The notes below the pieces were generated by a model. The model was given only the letters and a program-made list of their open reading frames with translations. It did not search any database and was not told where the DNA came from. 42,190 nt of DNA from contig JBAMLY010000005.1 of assembly GCA_039794045.1 (NCBI GenBank), positions 1-42,190 on the forward strand, in the 5' to 3' direction. The stretch comes from Candidatus Micrarchaeia archaeon. Its GTDB lineage: Archaea > Micrarchaeota > Micrarchaeia > Norongarragalinales > UBA8480. Position numbers and translations under genes: made by a program. Below, piece by piece: positions 34,531 through 42,190 of this stretch. How positions within the stretch are numbered: the first letter of the stretch is position 1; each line of letters starts with the position of its first letter.

Positions 34531-36177
34531 ATGGTTACTGTTACCCTCAAGAAAAAGATTTTGAACCGCTTGCTTGGGAGAGAGCTCTCGAACGGGGAAC
34601 TCCAAGAAAAACTGCCGCTCATAAAGTGCGGCGTGGAATCTTCAACGCCAGAAGAACTCGAAATAGAGGTTACAGGAGACCGGCCTGACTTGCTTTCCAG
34701 CGAAGGCGTCGCCCGCGCCCTCAAAGGATTCTTGGGACAAGAAAAAGGACTTCACTTGTTCAACGTGGCGAAAGCGTCAACAGAGGCAACCGTCGACAAA
34801 AGCGTTCAAGGAATTCGCCCCTTTCTCGCCTGCGCGGTAGTGGAAGGCGCTAGCTTCGAAGACGAAGACATAGCAGAATTAATGCAAATCCAAGAAAAAC
34901 TGCACCAAACCCACGGCCGCCGCAGGCGAAAAGCCGCCATCGGAATACACGACTACGAAAAAATAAGGCCGCCGCTTTACTACCGTGCTGTAAGGCCCCG
35001 CGACGCGTCATTCGTTCCCCTCGGCCTGCAAACCGCTTGCAACCTCCAAGAAATACTTGAAAAGCACTCGAAAGGAATAGAGTACGCCTTCACCCTCGAA
35101 GGAAAACAATTATACCCAGTAATATTCGACGCTTCAGGTGACGTCGTCTCGTTCCCCCCCATAATAAATGCGGCGCGCACGGAAGTAACAGAGGAAACTA
35201 CTCGCTTGCTCGTGGAAGTCACTGGAACGGAATTCGAGGCGTGCAACACAGCGTTAAACATTTTGTGCGCCAACTTCGCTGACCGCGGCGCCAAAATACA
35301 CGGCGTTAAAATAAATTACGCCGAAAAAAAACTTGTGACGCCCGAAAACGCGCCCACCATAATGCACGTTTCCACGGCCGAAGCCAACCGGGTGCTGGGC
35401 TTGAACTTGCGTCCCAGCGAAGCCGCCGAGTGCCTCGAAAAACAAAGGATTGGCGCAAGAATAGAAGGCAACTTCATAGCCTGCGAAATACCTCGCTACC
35501 GCGCTGACTTCATTCACCCCATCGACTTAGTAGAAGAAATAAGCATTGGCTACGGCTACAATGCATTCGAGCCCAAGCGCCCAAGCGTCTTCACCAAAGG
35601 CGAAGCAAGTCCGCTCACGAGAAAAACGAATTTATGCCGAGACCTCCTCCTAGGCGCGGGATTCCTTGAAGCCAGCACGCCAGTGCTCGCAAGCGAGGAA
35701 CGCTTCGCGAAAGCGTGTGCGCAAGAAAAACCGTTGCTGCTCTCAAACCCAGTAAGCAAGGACTACGTCTTAATTCGTTCTTCGCTTGCGCCAAACATTC
35801 TGGAACTTCTCTCAAAAAACACGCACGCGCCCTACCCACAAAAAGTTTTCGAGGTCGGAGAAGTGGTATTAAGGGACGAGCGCTCTCACGAGAAAAGCAG
35901 CACTTACTACTCAGCTTGCGCGGCCACCGCGCATGCGGCGGCGTCAATTACAGAGATAGCTTCGCTCGCAATGGAGGTGCTGAAGCGGCAAGGAATAAAC
36001 TGCGAGCTTGCGCCAACGCACCACGACCAATTCATTCACGGCCGCGCCGCCGCCATAATCAGCGAAGGAAAAGAAATTGGCGCGCTTGGCGAAGTCAGTC
36101 CAGCAGTTCTGGAAGGCTTTGGCTTGACCATGCCAGTCGCATTGTTTGAAGCGCGAATCGCAAGAATAGAATACTGA
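34531..36177 (+). CDS. pheT: Phenylalanyl-tRNA synthetase beta subunit
   Basis: DRPDLLSSEG, QEKLH...GR.R, SFPPIIN, YRAD..H..D.VEE, NP.S....R.SL, FEVG. Confidence 0.96.
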   Translation: MVTVTLKKKILNRLLGRELSNGELQEKLPLIKCGVESSTPEELEIEVTGDRPDLLSSEGVARALKGFLGQEKGLHLFNVAKASTEATVDKSVQGIRPFLACAVVEGASFEDEDIAELMQIQEKLHQTHGRRRRKAAIGIHDYEKIRPPLYYRAVRPRDASFVPLGLQTACNLQEILEKHSKGIEYAFTLEGKQLYPVIFDASGDVVSFPPIINAARTEVTEETTRLLVEVTGTEFEACNTALNILCANFADRGAKIHGVKINYAEKKLVTPENAPTIMHVSTAEANRVLGLNLRPSEAAECLEKQRIGARIEGNFIACEIPRYRADFIHPIDLVEEISIGYGYNAFEPKRPSVFTKGEASPLTRKTNLCRDLLLGAGFLEASTPVLASEERFAKACAQEKPLLLSNPVSKDYVLIRSSLAPNILELLSKNTHAPYPQKVFEVGEVVLRDERSHEKSSTYYSACAATAHAAASITEIASLAMEVLKRQGINCELAPTHHDQFIHGRAAAIISEGKEIGALGEVSPAVLEGFGLTMPVALFEARIARIEY

Positions 36178-36242
36178 AAACCCAATGCCTGCAAACAAAA
36201 AGAATTTAAGCAACTCACGCGAAAAAAAATTGGTGAAAACTA

Positions 36243-36791
36243 ATGATTGAATGGATAATAATAGGAATACTAGCAATAGTCTTCATCGCCTTCGTATTGC
36301 TCTACAACGGGTTAGTCGTGTTGAAGGCGCGCGTGGACAACGCTTGGTCGCAAATAGACGTGCAACTAAAACGCCGCGCTGACCTCATCCCCAACCTCGT
36401 AGAAACAGTGAAAGGCTACGCGAAACACGAGAAAGACGTTTTCGAGAACGTGACGAGAGCGCGTTCCGCCCTGTTGAGCGCACAAACCGTGGGAGAAAAA
36501 GCTAGGGCAGACAACCAAATCACTTCCGCCCTCAAAAGCATTTTCGCGGTTGCCGAGAACTACCCGCAACTGCGCGCAAGCGAAAACTTCAAGTCACTCC
36601 AGGAAGAACTCGCCAGCACGGAAAACAAGATTGCGTACGCGCGCCAGTTCTACAACGACAGCGTCATGGAATTCAATCAAACCATTCACACTATTCCAAA
36701 CAATTTAGTCGCGTTAATCCTTAACTACAAGGACCGCGAGTACTTCCAAGCACAGGAAACCGAGAAGGCGCCAGTGAAAATCAAGTTCTGA
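36243..36791 (+). CDS. lemA: LemA family protein
   Basis: N-terminal [47 protein letters not shown]. Confidence 0.96.
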   Translation: MIEWIIIGILAIVFIAFVLLYNGLVVLKARVDNAWSQIDVQLKRRADLIPNLVETVKGYAKHEKDVFENVTRARSALLSAQTVGEKARADNQITSALKSIFAVAENYPQLRASENFKSLQEELASTENKIAYARQFYNDSVMEFNQTIHTIPNNLVALILNYKDREYFQAQETEKAPVKIKF

Positions 36792-36827
36792 GTTTCCTTA
36801 AAGCAAGGCAGGGCTTGAGGCGAGCTA

Positions 36828-37709
36828 ATGGTTGAACTCTACGCGCAAATAACGAGGAACAAGTTGAAGTCTTACTTGTTCATGGCCTTCTTGTTCGCGT
36901 TAGTACTCGCAATATGTTGGATTGCAAGTGAAGTCACCGCCTTTGGAACCGCTGGAGTAATCGTGGGCGTGTTCATTGCCGCCGTAAGCGCTATAGCAAG
37001 CTATTACGGCAGCGACAAGCTAGTGCTCGCAATGAGTGGCGCCACGCCAGCAGACGAACAACAACACAAGAAGCTACTCAACATAATAGAAGAAATGTCA
37101 ATCGCGGCCGGCGTGCCAAAGCCAAGGGCTTACGTGATAAAAGATCCTGCAATCAATGCCTTCGCCACCGGAAGAGACCCAAAACACTCTTCGATCGCTG
37201 TCACGACAGGCGCCATCGAAAAACTCTCGCGAGACGAACTCGAAGGAGTAATCGCCCACGAAATGAGCCACATCAAAAACTACGACATTCGCTTGATGAC
37301 TTTCGCAGTAGTAATGGTGGGTTCAATCGCAATCGTAAGCGACTTCTTCCTGCGTTCCCTGTTATTCGGCAGTGAGAGAAAAGAGCAAAAGGAAGGAGGA
37401 AGCATTCTAACAATAATAGGCATAGCTCTTGCCTTGCTAGCACCCTTCTTCGCTCAACTAGTGCACTTGGCAATCTCGCGCAAGCGCGAGTACTTGGCTG
37501 ACGCCAGCGCGGCACTAATCACGCGCTACCCTAAAGGGTTGGCCGACGCCCTCCAAAAAATCGGTGAAGACCAAAACCAGTTGCGTTTCGCGACGAAAAC
37601 AACTGCGCCGCTCTACATAGCCAACCCGTTCAAGAAAGCCTCGCTGAGCGAACTGCTTTCCACTCACCCGCCACTCGAGAAAAGAATTGAAGCACTGCGC
37701 AAAATGTGA
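36828..37709 (+). CDS. htpX: Membrane zinc metalloprotease HtpX (M48)
   Basis: NAFATGR, ELEGVIAHEMSH, SRKREYLADA, STHPP..KRI; follows lemA. Confidence 0.95.
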   Translation: MVELYAQITRNKLKSYLFMAFLFALVLAICWIASEVTAFGTAGVIVGVFIAAVSAIASYYGSDKLVLAMSGATPADEQQHKKLLNIIEEMSIAAGVPKPRAYVIKDPAINAFATGRDPKHSSIAVTTGAIEKLSRDELEGVIAHEMSHIKNYDIRLMTFAVVMVGSIAIVSDFFLRSLLFGSERKEQKEGGSILTIIGIALALLAPFFAQLVHLAISRKREYLADASAALITRYPKGLADALQKIGEDQNQLRFATKTTAPLYIANPFKKASLSELLSTHPPLEKRIEALRKM

Positions 37710-37710
37710 T

Positions 37711-38472
37711 TCAAACCCCGGTGGGAGCGTCCACGAAAAAACTTTTAACTCCAAATTTTTTCTCCAAGAGCCTGCCGAGTGCCTTCACGCCGGCTGTCTC
37801 AGTATTATAATGGCCTGCCTCAACCACGCTCAAGCCGAGGTCACGCGCTTCCACCGCCTCGTGTTGCTTCAACTCGCCTACGACGAAAGCATCCAAGCCA
37901 AGCACGGCAGCTTCAGCCACTGCGGACCCCCCGCCGCCTGAAACCACTCCAACTCGCCGCACGACTCGCGCGCCATAGGAAAGCACGCGCGACTCTCCCC
38001 CACAAAAGCCGGCCACGCGAGAAGCGAGCACTTTAAGCGAAACAGGTTTGGCGAGCGCTCCCCAAAAACCAATCTTGGTTCCGTGAAAATCACCCCACCG
38101 CTTCGGCTTGACCACGCCAACTGCTTTCGCGATGAGGGCGTTGTTGCCGTAGCGCGAGTGCAAGTCGAGGGGAAGATGGCACGCGTAAACAGACAAATCG
38201 TTTTCGACGAGCAACTTCAACTTCTTTTTTTGAACGCCAGTGCAAGGCGTTGGCTCGCGGTTCCTCCAAAGCATTCCGTGGTGCACGACCAACAAGTCCG
38301 CCCCGCCCTCCACTGCCTTCTCGAACGAGTAAGCGCACGCGTCCACCGCGCAAGCAACCCTCTGCACTCCATGCCTTCCCTCGAACTGCAAGCCGTTCAG
38401 CGAGTCGTCCTCTATTCCTGTGACATTCATTTCGCGGTCGAGGAAAAAAACAATTTCTTGAAGAACAGCCAT
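37711..38472 (-). CDS. Nif3/YbgI-like dinuclear metal-centre protein
   Basis: NGLQ, VHHG, HLPLD.H...GNN, SGGG, GHY.TE. Confidence 0.93.
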   Translation of the reverse strand: MAVLQEIVFFLDREMNVTGIEDDSLNGLQFEGRHGVQRVACAVDACAYSFEKAVEGGADLLVVHHGMLWRNREPTPCTGVQKKKLKLLVENDLSVYACHLPLDLHSRYGNNALIAKAVGVVKPKRWGDFHGTKIGFWGALAKPVSLKVLASRVAGFCGGESRVLSYGARVVRRVGVVSGGGGSAVAEAAVLGLDAFVVGELKQHEAVEARDLGLSVVEAGHYNTETAGVKALGRLLEKKFGVKSFFVDAPTGV

Positions 38473-38545
38473 TGCATCCCCTTAATGAAAATAGCGCAAA
38501 CAAATAAATAAGCGCGCCACCAAAAAAGCTTTGAGGGAACCGAAA

Positions 38546-38956
38546 ATGCCGGTAATTGAGATAAGCCACGAAGTAGCCAAGCGCGTGGCGGAAGTGCGCG
38601 AAAAAGTAGAGCAAATAAAAAGTCACCCCATCGGAGAAGACGAGCGCGTAAAGCAATTCCTTTCAGAAATCGCTGCCTTCCCTCCCTCAGTGCAACTTAA
38701 ACTCCTCAACGTCAAGCAAATAGAAACCATAAAAAACATGGCGTCACTCGGCAAAAAAGTTCTCTTGGAAGAAGCACAAAAACACTACTCGAAAATCTCG
38801 CCGGAAGAAAGAAAACTCGAAGCAACCCTTCTTGCAAGCCACTTAAAGCAATTATACGCCGAAAAAGGCTTGCCCGAAGACAGCACAGAAAAAGAATTGT
38901 ACGAGATAGAAGCACGAGAAAAAATAAAGGACTTCTGGCGCAGCAAAACCCGTTAA
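38546..38956 (+). CDS. Hypothetical charged helical protein
   Basis: Glu/Lys-rich ORF filling the gap between nif3 and AMP phosphorylase. Confidence 0.65.
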   Translation: MPVIEISHEVAKRVAEVREKVEQIKSHPIGEDERVKQFLSEIAAFPPSVQLKLLNVKQIETIKNMASLGKKVLLEEAQKHYSKISPEERKLEATLLASHLKQLYAEKGLPEDSTEKELYEIEAREKIKDFWRSKTR

Positions 38957-38957
38957 C

Positions 38958-40463
38958 TCAAATAACGTCCAAAATAATTTTTTCCAGTTCGACTACTCTC
39001 GCCTTGCCAGCCGTCTCCAAAGCGTAGTCAAGTTTTTCCTTTGACGAAGAAAACACTTCAAACAAGGCTTCGCCTTCCCTCACTTGCTGGCCCACTACTA
39101 CCTTCAAAACCATTCCCGCCCTCTTGTCTAACGGAGCGCCGGCAGCCCTGCAAACGCGGGAAATCGCGTGGCTGTCAATGTGGTTCACCTTGCCGTCGCT
39201 TGAAGCCGAAACCACGGCAGAAAACTTTCCCACTTCAATGTCTTCAGGGGAAACGTCGGGGTTGCCGCCCTGCTCAGCAATTATTTCCTTGAACTTCTGA
39301 AACGCCTTCCCTGAAGAAAGCTGGTAGCGAGCAAGCCTGTACCCTTCTTCTTTGCTCACGCCGCGAGCCATGTGCAAGAGAACGCCGCTCAACAAGCACG
39401 CTTTTTCCACCAGCAAGCCATTACTTTTGCCTTGAAAGGCTTCGATAACGCCGCGCGCTTCAAGCGCGGGCCCAATGAAAGGCATGGTTGGCTCGCTGCC
39501 GTCGCTAATAATGCAGTCAACCTTCAAACCCAAATTCGTTCCAAGCGACTGAAAATTGCGGGCGAGCTCGCGTGCCTTATCCACTTCAAGAATCTTGGTT
39601 CCACGTCCAGTCGGAATGTCGAGCAAAACCATTCTCGCGCCTTCTGCCTTCTTCTTGGCAAGAATGCTTGAAAGAAGAAGTTCCTGGGGATCCAAGCGCA
39701 AGGGATTCCGGATTTTTATGAGCTTGTCATCCGCCACCGCCATCGAAACCGCGCCACCCCACGCAATGCAGCCATTAGTCTTCCGCACGACTTCCTTTAT
39801 TTTCTGTAGTGACAGCGAGACAGGGCAAAGCACTTCCATCGAGTCAGCAGTGCCAGCCGCGCTGCTTATCGCGCGAGTGCACGTCTTCGGAATCTTTATT
39901 CCAAGAGAAGCAATGATTGGCACGATGAGCATGCTCACGCGGTCAGCTGCCACGCCGCCAATGCTGTGCTCGCTAACCACCAAGCCATCGAATTCAAGGC
40001 GGTCGCCGCTCTCGTAAATCGCGTTAGTCAAAGACGTGACCTCGTCGATGTTCATTCCCCTAGTATAAACCGCGGAAATGAATGCCGCGAGTTCAGCGAC
40101 GCTCAACTCCTCGCGCATCAAGTCGCTTACTATCGCTTTGACTTCCGAGTCCAACAAAACCCCGCCATCAAGCTTTTTCCTCACGAAGTCCAAGCTCTCA
40201 GGCCTCTTCGTCGCCTCTACTTCAACCAAGTCCCCGTCCTTCGCCGAAAGCTTTAACGCCGCGTCACTGAACAACAATACTTCTTTTTGCACTCCCTTGC
40301 GCGCCATGTCAACCAAGGCAACGCACTCGTTCCTGCCAAGCTTCACCTTGACGCGGTCGCCCACGCTCACATCCAACTGCTTCATGTCGTCGTCGTCCAA
40401 AACTATTACGTTCAAGCCAGCTTCAACGTCCAAGACTTTCGCTCGCAACCTCAAGCACACCAA
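38958..40463 (-). CDS. deoA: AMP (nucleoside monophosphate) phosphorylase
   Basis: N-terminal double-psi-barrel-like extension, HSIGGV, PKT..RAISSAAGTAD, GC.AWGG, ADDK.I, SIL.KK, IGPALEA; adjacent to R15P isomerase. Confidence 0.92.
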   Translation of the reverse strand: MVCLRLRAKVLDVEAGLNVIVLDDDDMKQLDVSVGDRVKVKLGRNECVALVDMARKGVQKEVLLFSDAALKLSAKDGDLVEVEATKRPESLDFVRKKLDGGVLLDSEVKAIVSDLMREELSVAELAAFISAVYTRGMNIDEVTSLTNAIYESGDRLEFDGLVVSEHSIGGVAADRVSMLIVPIIASLGIKIPKTCTRAISSAAGTADSMEVLCPVSLSLQKIKEVVRKTNGCIAWGGAVSMAVADDKLIKIRNPLRLDPQELLLSSILAKKKAEGARMVLLDIPTGRGTKILEVDKARELARNFQSLGTNLGLKVDCIISDGSEPTMPFIGPALEARGVIEAFQGKSNGLLVEKACLLSGVLLHMARGVSKEEGYRLARYQLSSGKAFQKFKEIIAEQGGNPDVSPEDIEVGKFSAVVSASSDGKVNHIDSHAISRVCRAAGAPLDKRAGMVLKVVVGQQVREGEALFEVFSSSKEKLDYALETAGKARVVELEKIILDVI

Positions 40464-40464
40464 C

Positions 40465-41430
40465 TCACAAGCTCGCTTCGCGAGACAAGTCGAACTCCTT
40501 CCACAAAACTGGGACTATCGCTTGAGGAGGAATCAATCCAACCTCGGTAACGTAAGCGTTGACGAACCTCGCCTCAGTTAAATCAAAAGCAGGGTTAAGC
40601 ACTCCGAGACTAGCAGGCATTCTCTTCAAGCCGAGGTCTCGCGCGCTCACCACCTCGCTCGCGTCACGCGCTTCCACGACTTCTTTTTCTCCCCACAACG
40701 AAAGCGGGTCGAACTTGTGCGTTCCAGTGCACGAAAAAAATTTTTTGCCGTGCTCTCGCGCCGCCAACGCAATCATTGAAGTCCCCACCTTGTTGTACAA
40801 GTCTCCCTCGCTTGAAACCGCGTCTGCCCCAACCAAAACCAAGTCAGAGTCAAGCATTTTCTCGCGTAAAACAAAGTTGGCAGCGCCGTCAACGCATAAA
40901 AAACACTTTATTCCAGCCTCGCTTACCTCGCGCGCCGTAATCCTTCCCTGGAAAAGCGGGCGAGTCTCGGTAGCGAAAACCTGGAACGTCTTGCCTTCTT
41001 CCTTGGCGCGCTTTAAAACGCTTACTACAGTAGTAGAATGGCAGTGCACTAGCACGCTTCCCCCGTCAGGCACCAAGCGCGCGCCGTACTCTGCAATCTT
41101 TTTCTTGGTCTCGCCCGCGGCAACAAAGTACTTGTCAGTCAAACGACGCGCTAGCTCTTTTAACTCGCGAACTTCGTCTAGCCTGCTCTTGCGCAACTCA
41201 GAGAAAACAAAGCGCAGCGCGTTGCGCAGCGCGGGCTCGGTGGGGCGCGAGGAACGCAGCCACAACACCGTCGAAAAAACTTCTGCCAAGAATTCTTTCC
41301 TGGAACGCGCTTTACTAGCATTCACTTCAGCAAGCAATGCTTGAAGGGAGGAAGAAGCCACTCTTTCCGCGCCCTGAATCTTTAGCGCCTTGATGTCGTT
41401 GAAGATCTTCCTAGCCTGCAGTGAAACCAT
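40465..41430 (-). CDS. Ribose-1,5-bisphosphate isomerase (eIF-2B-like family)
   Basis: KIQGA, RPTEPALRN, HCHS (catalytic Cys), ETRP..QG, VGADA (catalytic Asp), NKVGT, NPAFD. Confidence 0.92.
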   Translation of the reverse strand: MVSLQARKIFNDIKALKIQGAERVASSSLQALLAEVNASKARSRKEFLAEVFSTVLWLRSSRPTEPALRNALRFVFSELRKSRLDEVRELKELARRLTDKYFVAAGETKKKIAEYGARLVPDGGSVLVHCHSTTVVSVLKRAKEEGKTFQVFATETRPLFQGRITAREVSEAGIKCFLCVDGAANFVLREKMLDSDLVLVGADAVSSEGDLYNKVGTSMIALAAREHGKKFFSCTGTHKFDPLSLWGEKEVVEARDASEVVSARDLGLKRMPASLGVLNPAFDLTEARFVNAYVTEVGLIPPQAIVPVLWKEFDLSREASL

Positions 41431-41478
41431 GAAAAAACCAATGAAGAAGCCATTATTAACGATTTCGAACGCCGACTT

Positions 41479-42189
41479 TTACTGCTTCACGCCGAGGGCT
41501 TCAAGCCTCTCGTTCAAGCGCTTCAACTCCGCCTGCAACGCCGTCTGCTCGGCAGTGCGCTCTTCGTTGAACGCCTTGTACTGCTCCACCGTCTTCTTTC
41601 CCTTCATGAAAAGCAGTTTGTTGGTCTTGAACTCTTCCTGTATTGCAGCCAGCCTGTCCTCCACGGCCTTTCTTCTCTCCACCAACTTTTTTTTCTCGTT
41701 CTTAGGCATTTTCTCGCGCAACGCCAGCAAGCCAAACAAAATCGCGCCAGCCACTAGAACAACGATCAAAACCTGGAAAGCCATGTAAACGAAGTCTAAA
41801 GCCTTCGGCGCCAGCATGGCTTTCTCGCCGGGGTTGAGCACTACCCCGACTTCCTTCTTTAAGCCACTAGCAGCCAAGAGAGTCACCACGTACTTGCCTT
41901 TAACTGGGGGCAGCACGTCGCAGTCGAGCACTTGCGAGGGCGGCTGGCCGGACACGCTGCAAGAACAAGAACTCGCGTTATTGCCTGGCGCGCAACCAAC
42001 CACTTCAACGCTCTCGCTTGAAGAAAGAACGGCGGAAAGCTTGAGCGGCTGACCTTCTATCACGACGGAAGGCGAGGTTGCGAGCTCTTCCACTGAAACG
42101 TTTGCTTCCACGCTCGAAACACCAAGCAAGCCCTCCAAGCCTTTCGCTTGCGTTGCAGCAGCGTTGCCTTGCGCGAGCGAAAGCGTTGC
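41479..42189 (-). CDS. Hypothetical single-pass membrane protein, 5' end beyond the window
   Basis: Frame is open to the window edge; Cys-containing beta-rich ectodomain, TM, C-terminal coiled-coil tail. Confidence 0.7.
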   Translation of the reverse strand, partial: ATLSLAQGNAAATQAKGLEGLLGVSSVEANVSVEELATSPSVVIEGQPLKLSAVLSSSESVEVVGCAPGNNASSCSCSVSGQPPSQVLDCDVLPPVKGKYVVTLLAASGLKKEVGVVLNPGEKAMLAPKALDFVYMAFQVLIVVLVAGAILFGLLALREKMPKNEKKKLVERRKAVEDRLAAIQEEFKTNKLLFMKGKKTVEQYKAFNEERTAEQTALQAELKRLNERLEALGVKQ

Positions 42190-42190
42190 C

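Noticed and set aside
40465..41430. Annotation as eIF-2B subunit or methylthioribose-1-phosphate isomerase
   Set aside because: RPTEP and HCHS motifs plus direct coupling to AMP phosphorylase indicate R15P isomerase
1..42190. Numerous long antisense or alternate-frame ORFs (e.g. 819-1547, 17539-18312, 40559-41344)
   Set aside because: They overlap well-supported genes, have shadow-like Arg/Ser-rich composition and show no motifs
1..42190. CRISPR arrays, transposases, integrases, inteins, rRNA or tRNA genes
   Set aside because: No regularly spaced repeats, recombinase motifs, intein-sized insertions in LonB or primase, or RNA gene signatures were seen by eye

Overview
Gene-dense archaeal chromosomal segment with about 49 CDS and no recognisable rRNA, tRNA, CRISPR array or mobile element. 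Gene content (separate PriS and PriL, a Methanococcales/Thermococcales-type S-layer protein, an ArvA/OapA GTPase, AMP phosphorylase plus R15P isomerase, LonB) fits a DPANN archaeon of the Micrarchaeota/Diapherotrites type; this placement is an inference. Main blocks: (1) aCPSF1-psmB-FKBP; (2) a cell-envelope cluster with two secreted glycoproteins, the S-layer gene, a BofA-like protein and arvA-arvC without arvB; (3) amrS and endoQ; (4) the conserved information-processing superoperon csl4-rpoL-[signal peptidase]-pcna-priL-priS-[52-aa ORF]-gins-rpl44e-rps27e-aIF2alpha-nop10-PAC2, where nop10 and rps27e are missing from the ORF track and were translated by hand; (5) SpoIIM-like, SPFH and DUF373 membrane genes followed by a 540-bp intergenic region with two convergent, promoter-preceded structured elements; (6) lonB, rnz, an HExxH protease, adenosine-specific kinase, pheST, lemA-htpX, nif3 and the AMP phosphorylase/R15P isomerase pair. 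The least explained signals are the candidate structured RNAs at 26.1-26.5 kb, the regulatory architecture around the S-layer gene, the S-layer/stalk/ArvA-ArvC envelope cluster, a probable DUF373-PRC-barrel fusion and a strand-composition switch near the oap genes. All product calls come from motif recognition by eye; no searches were run.
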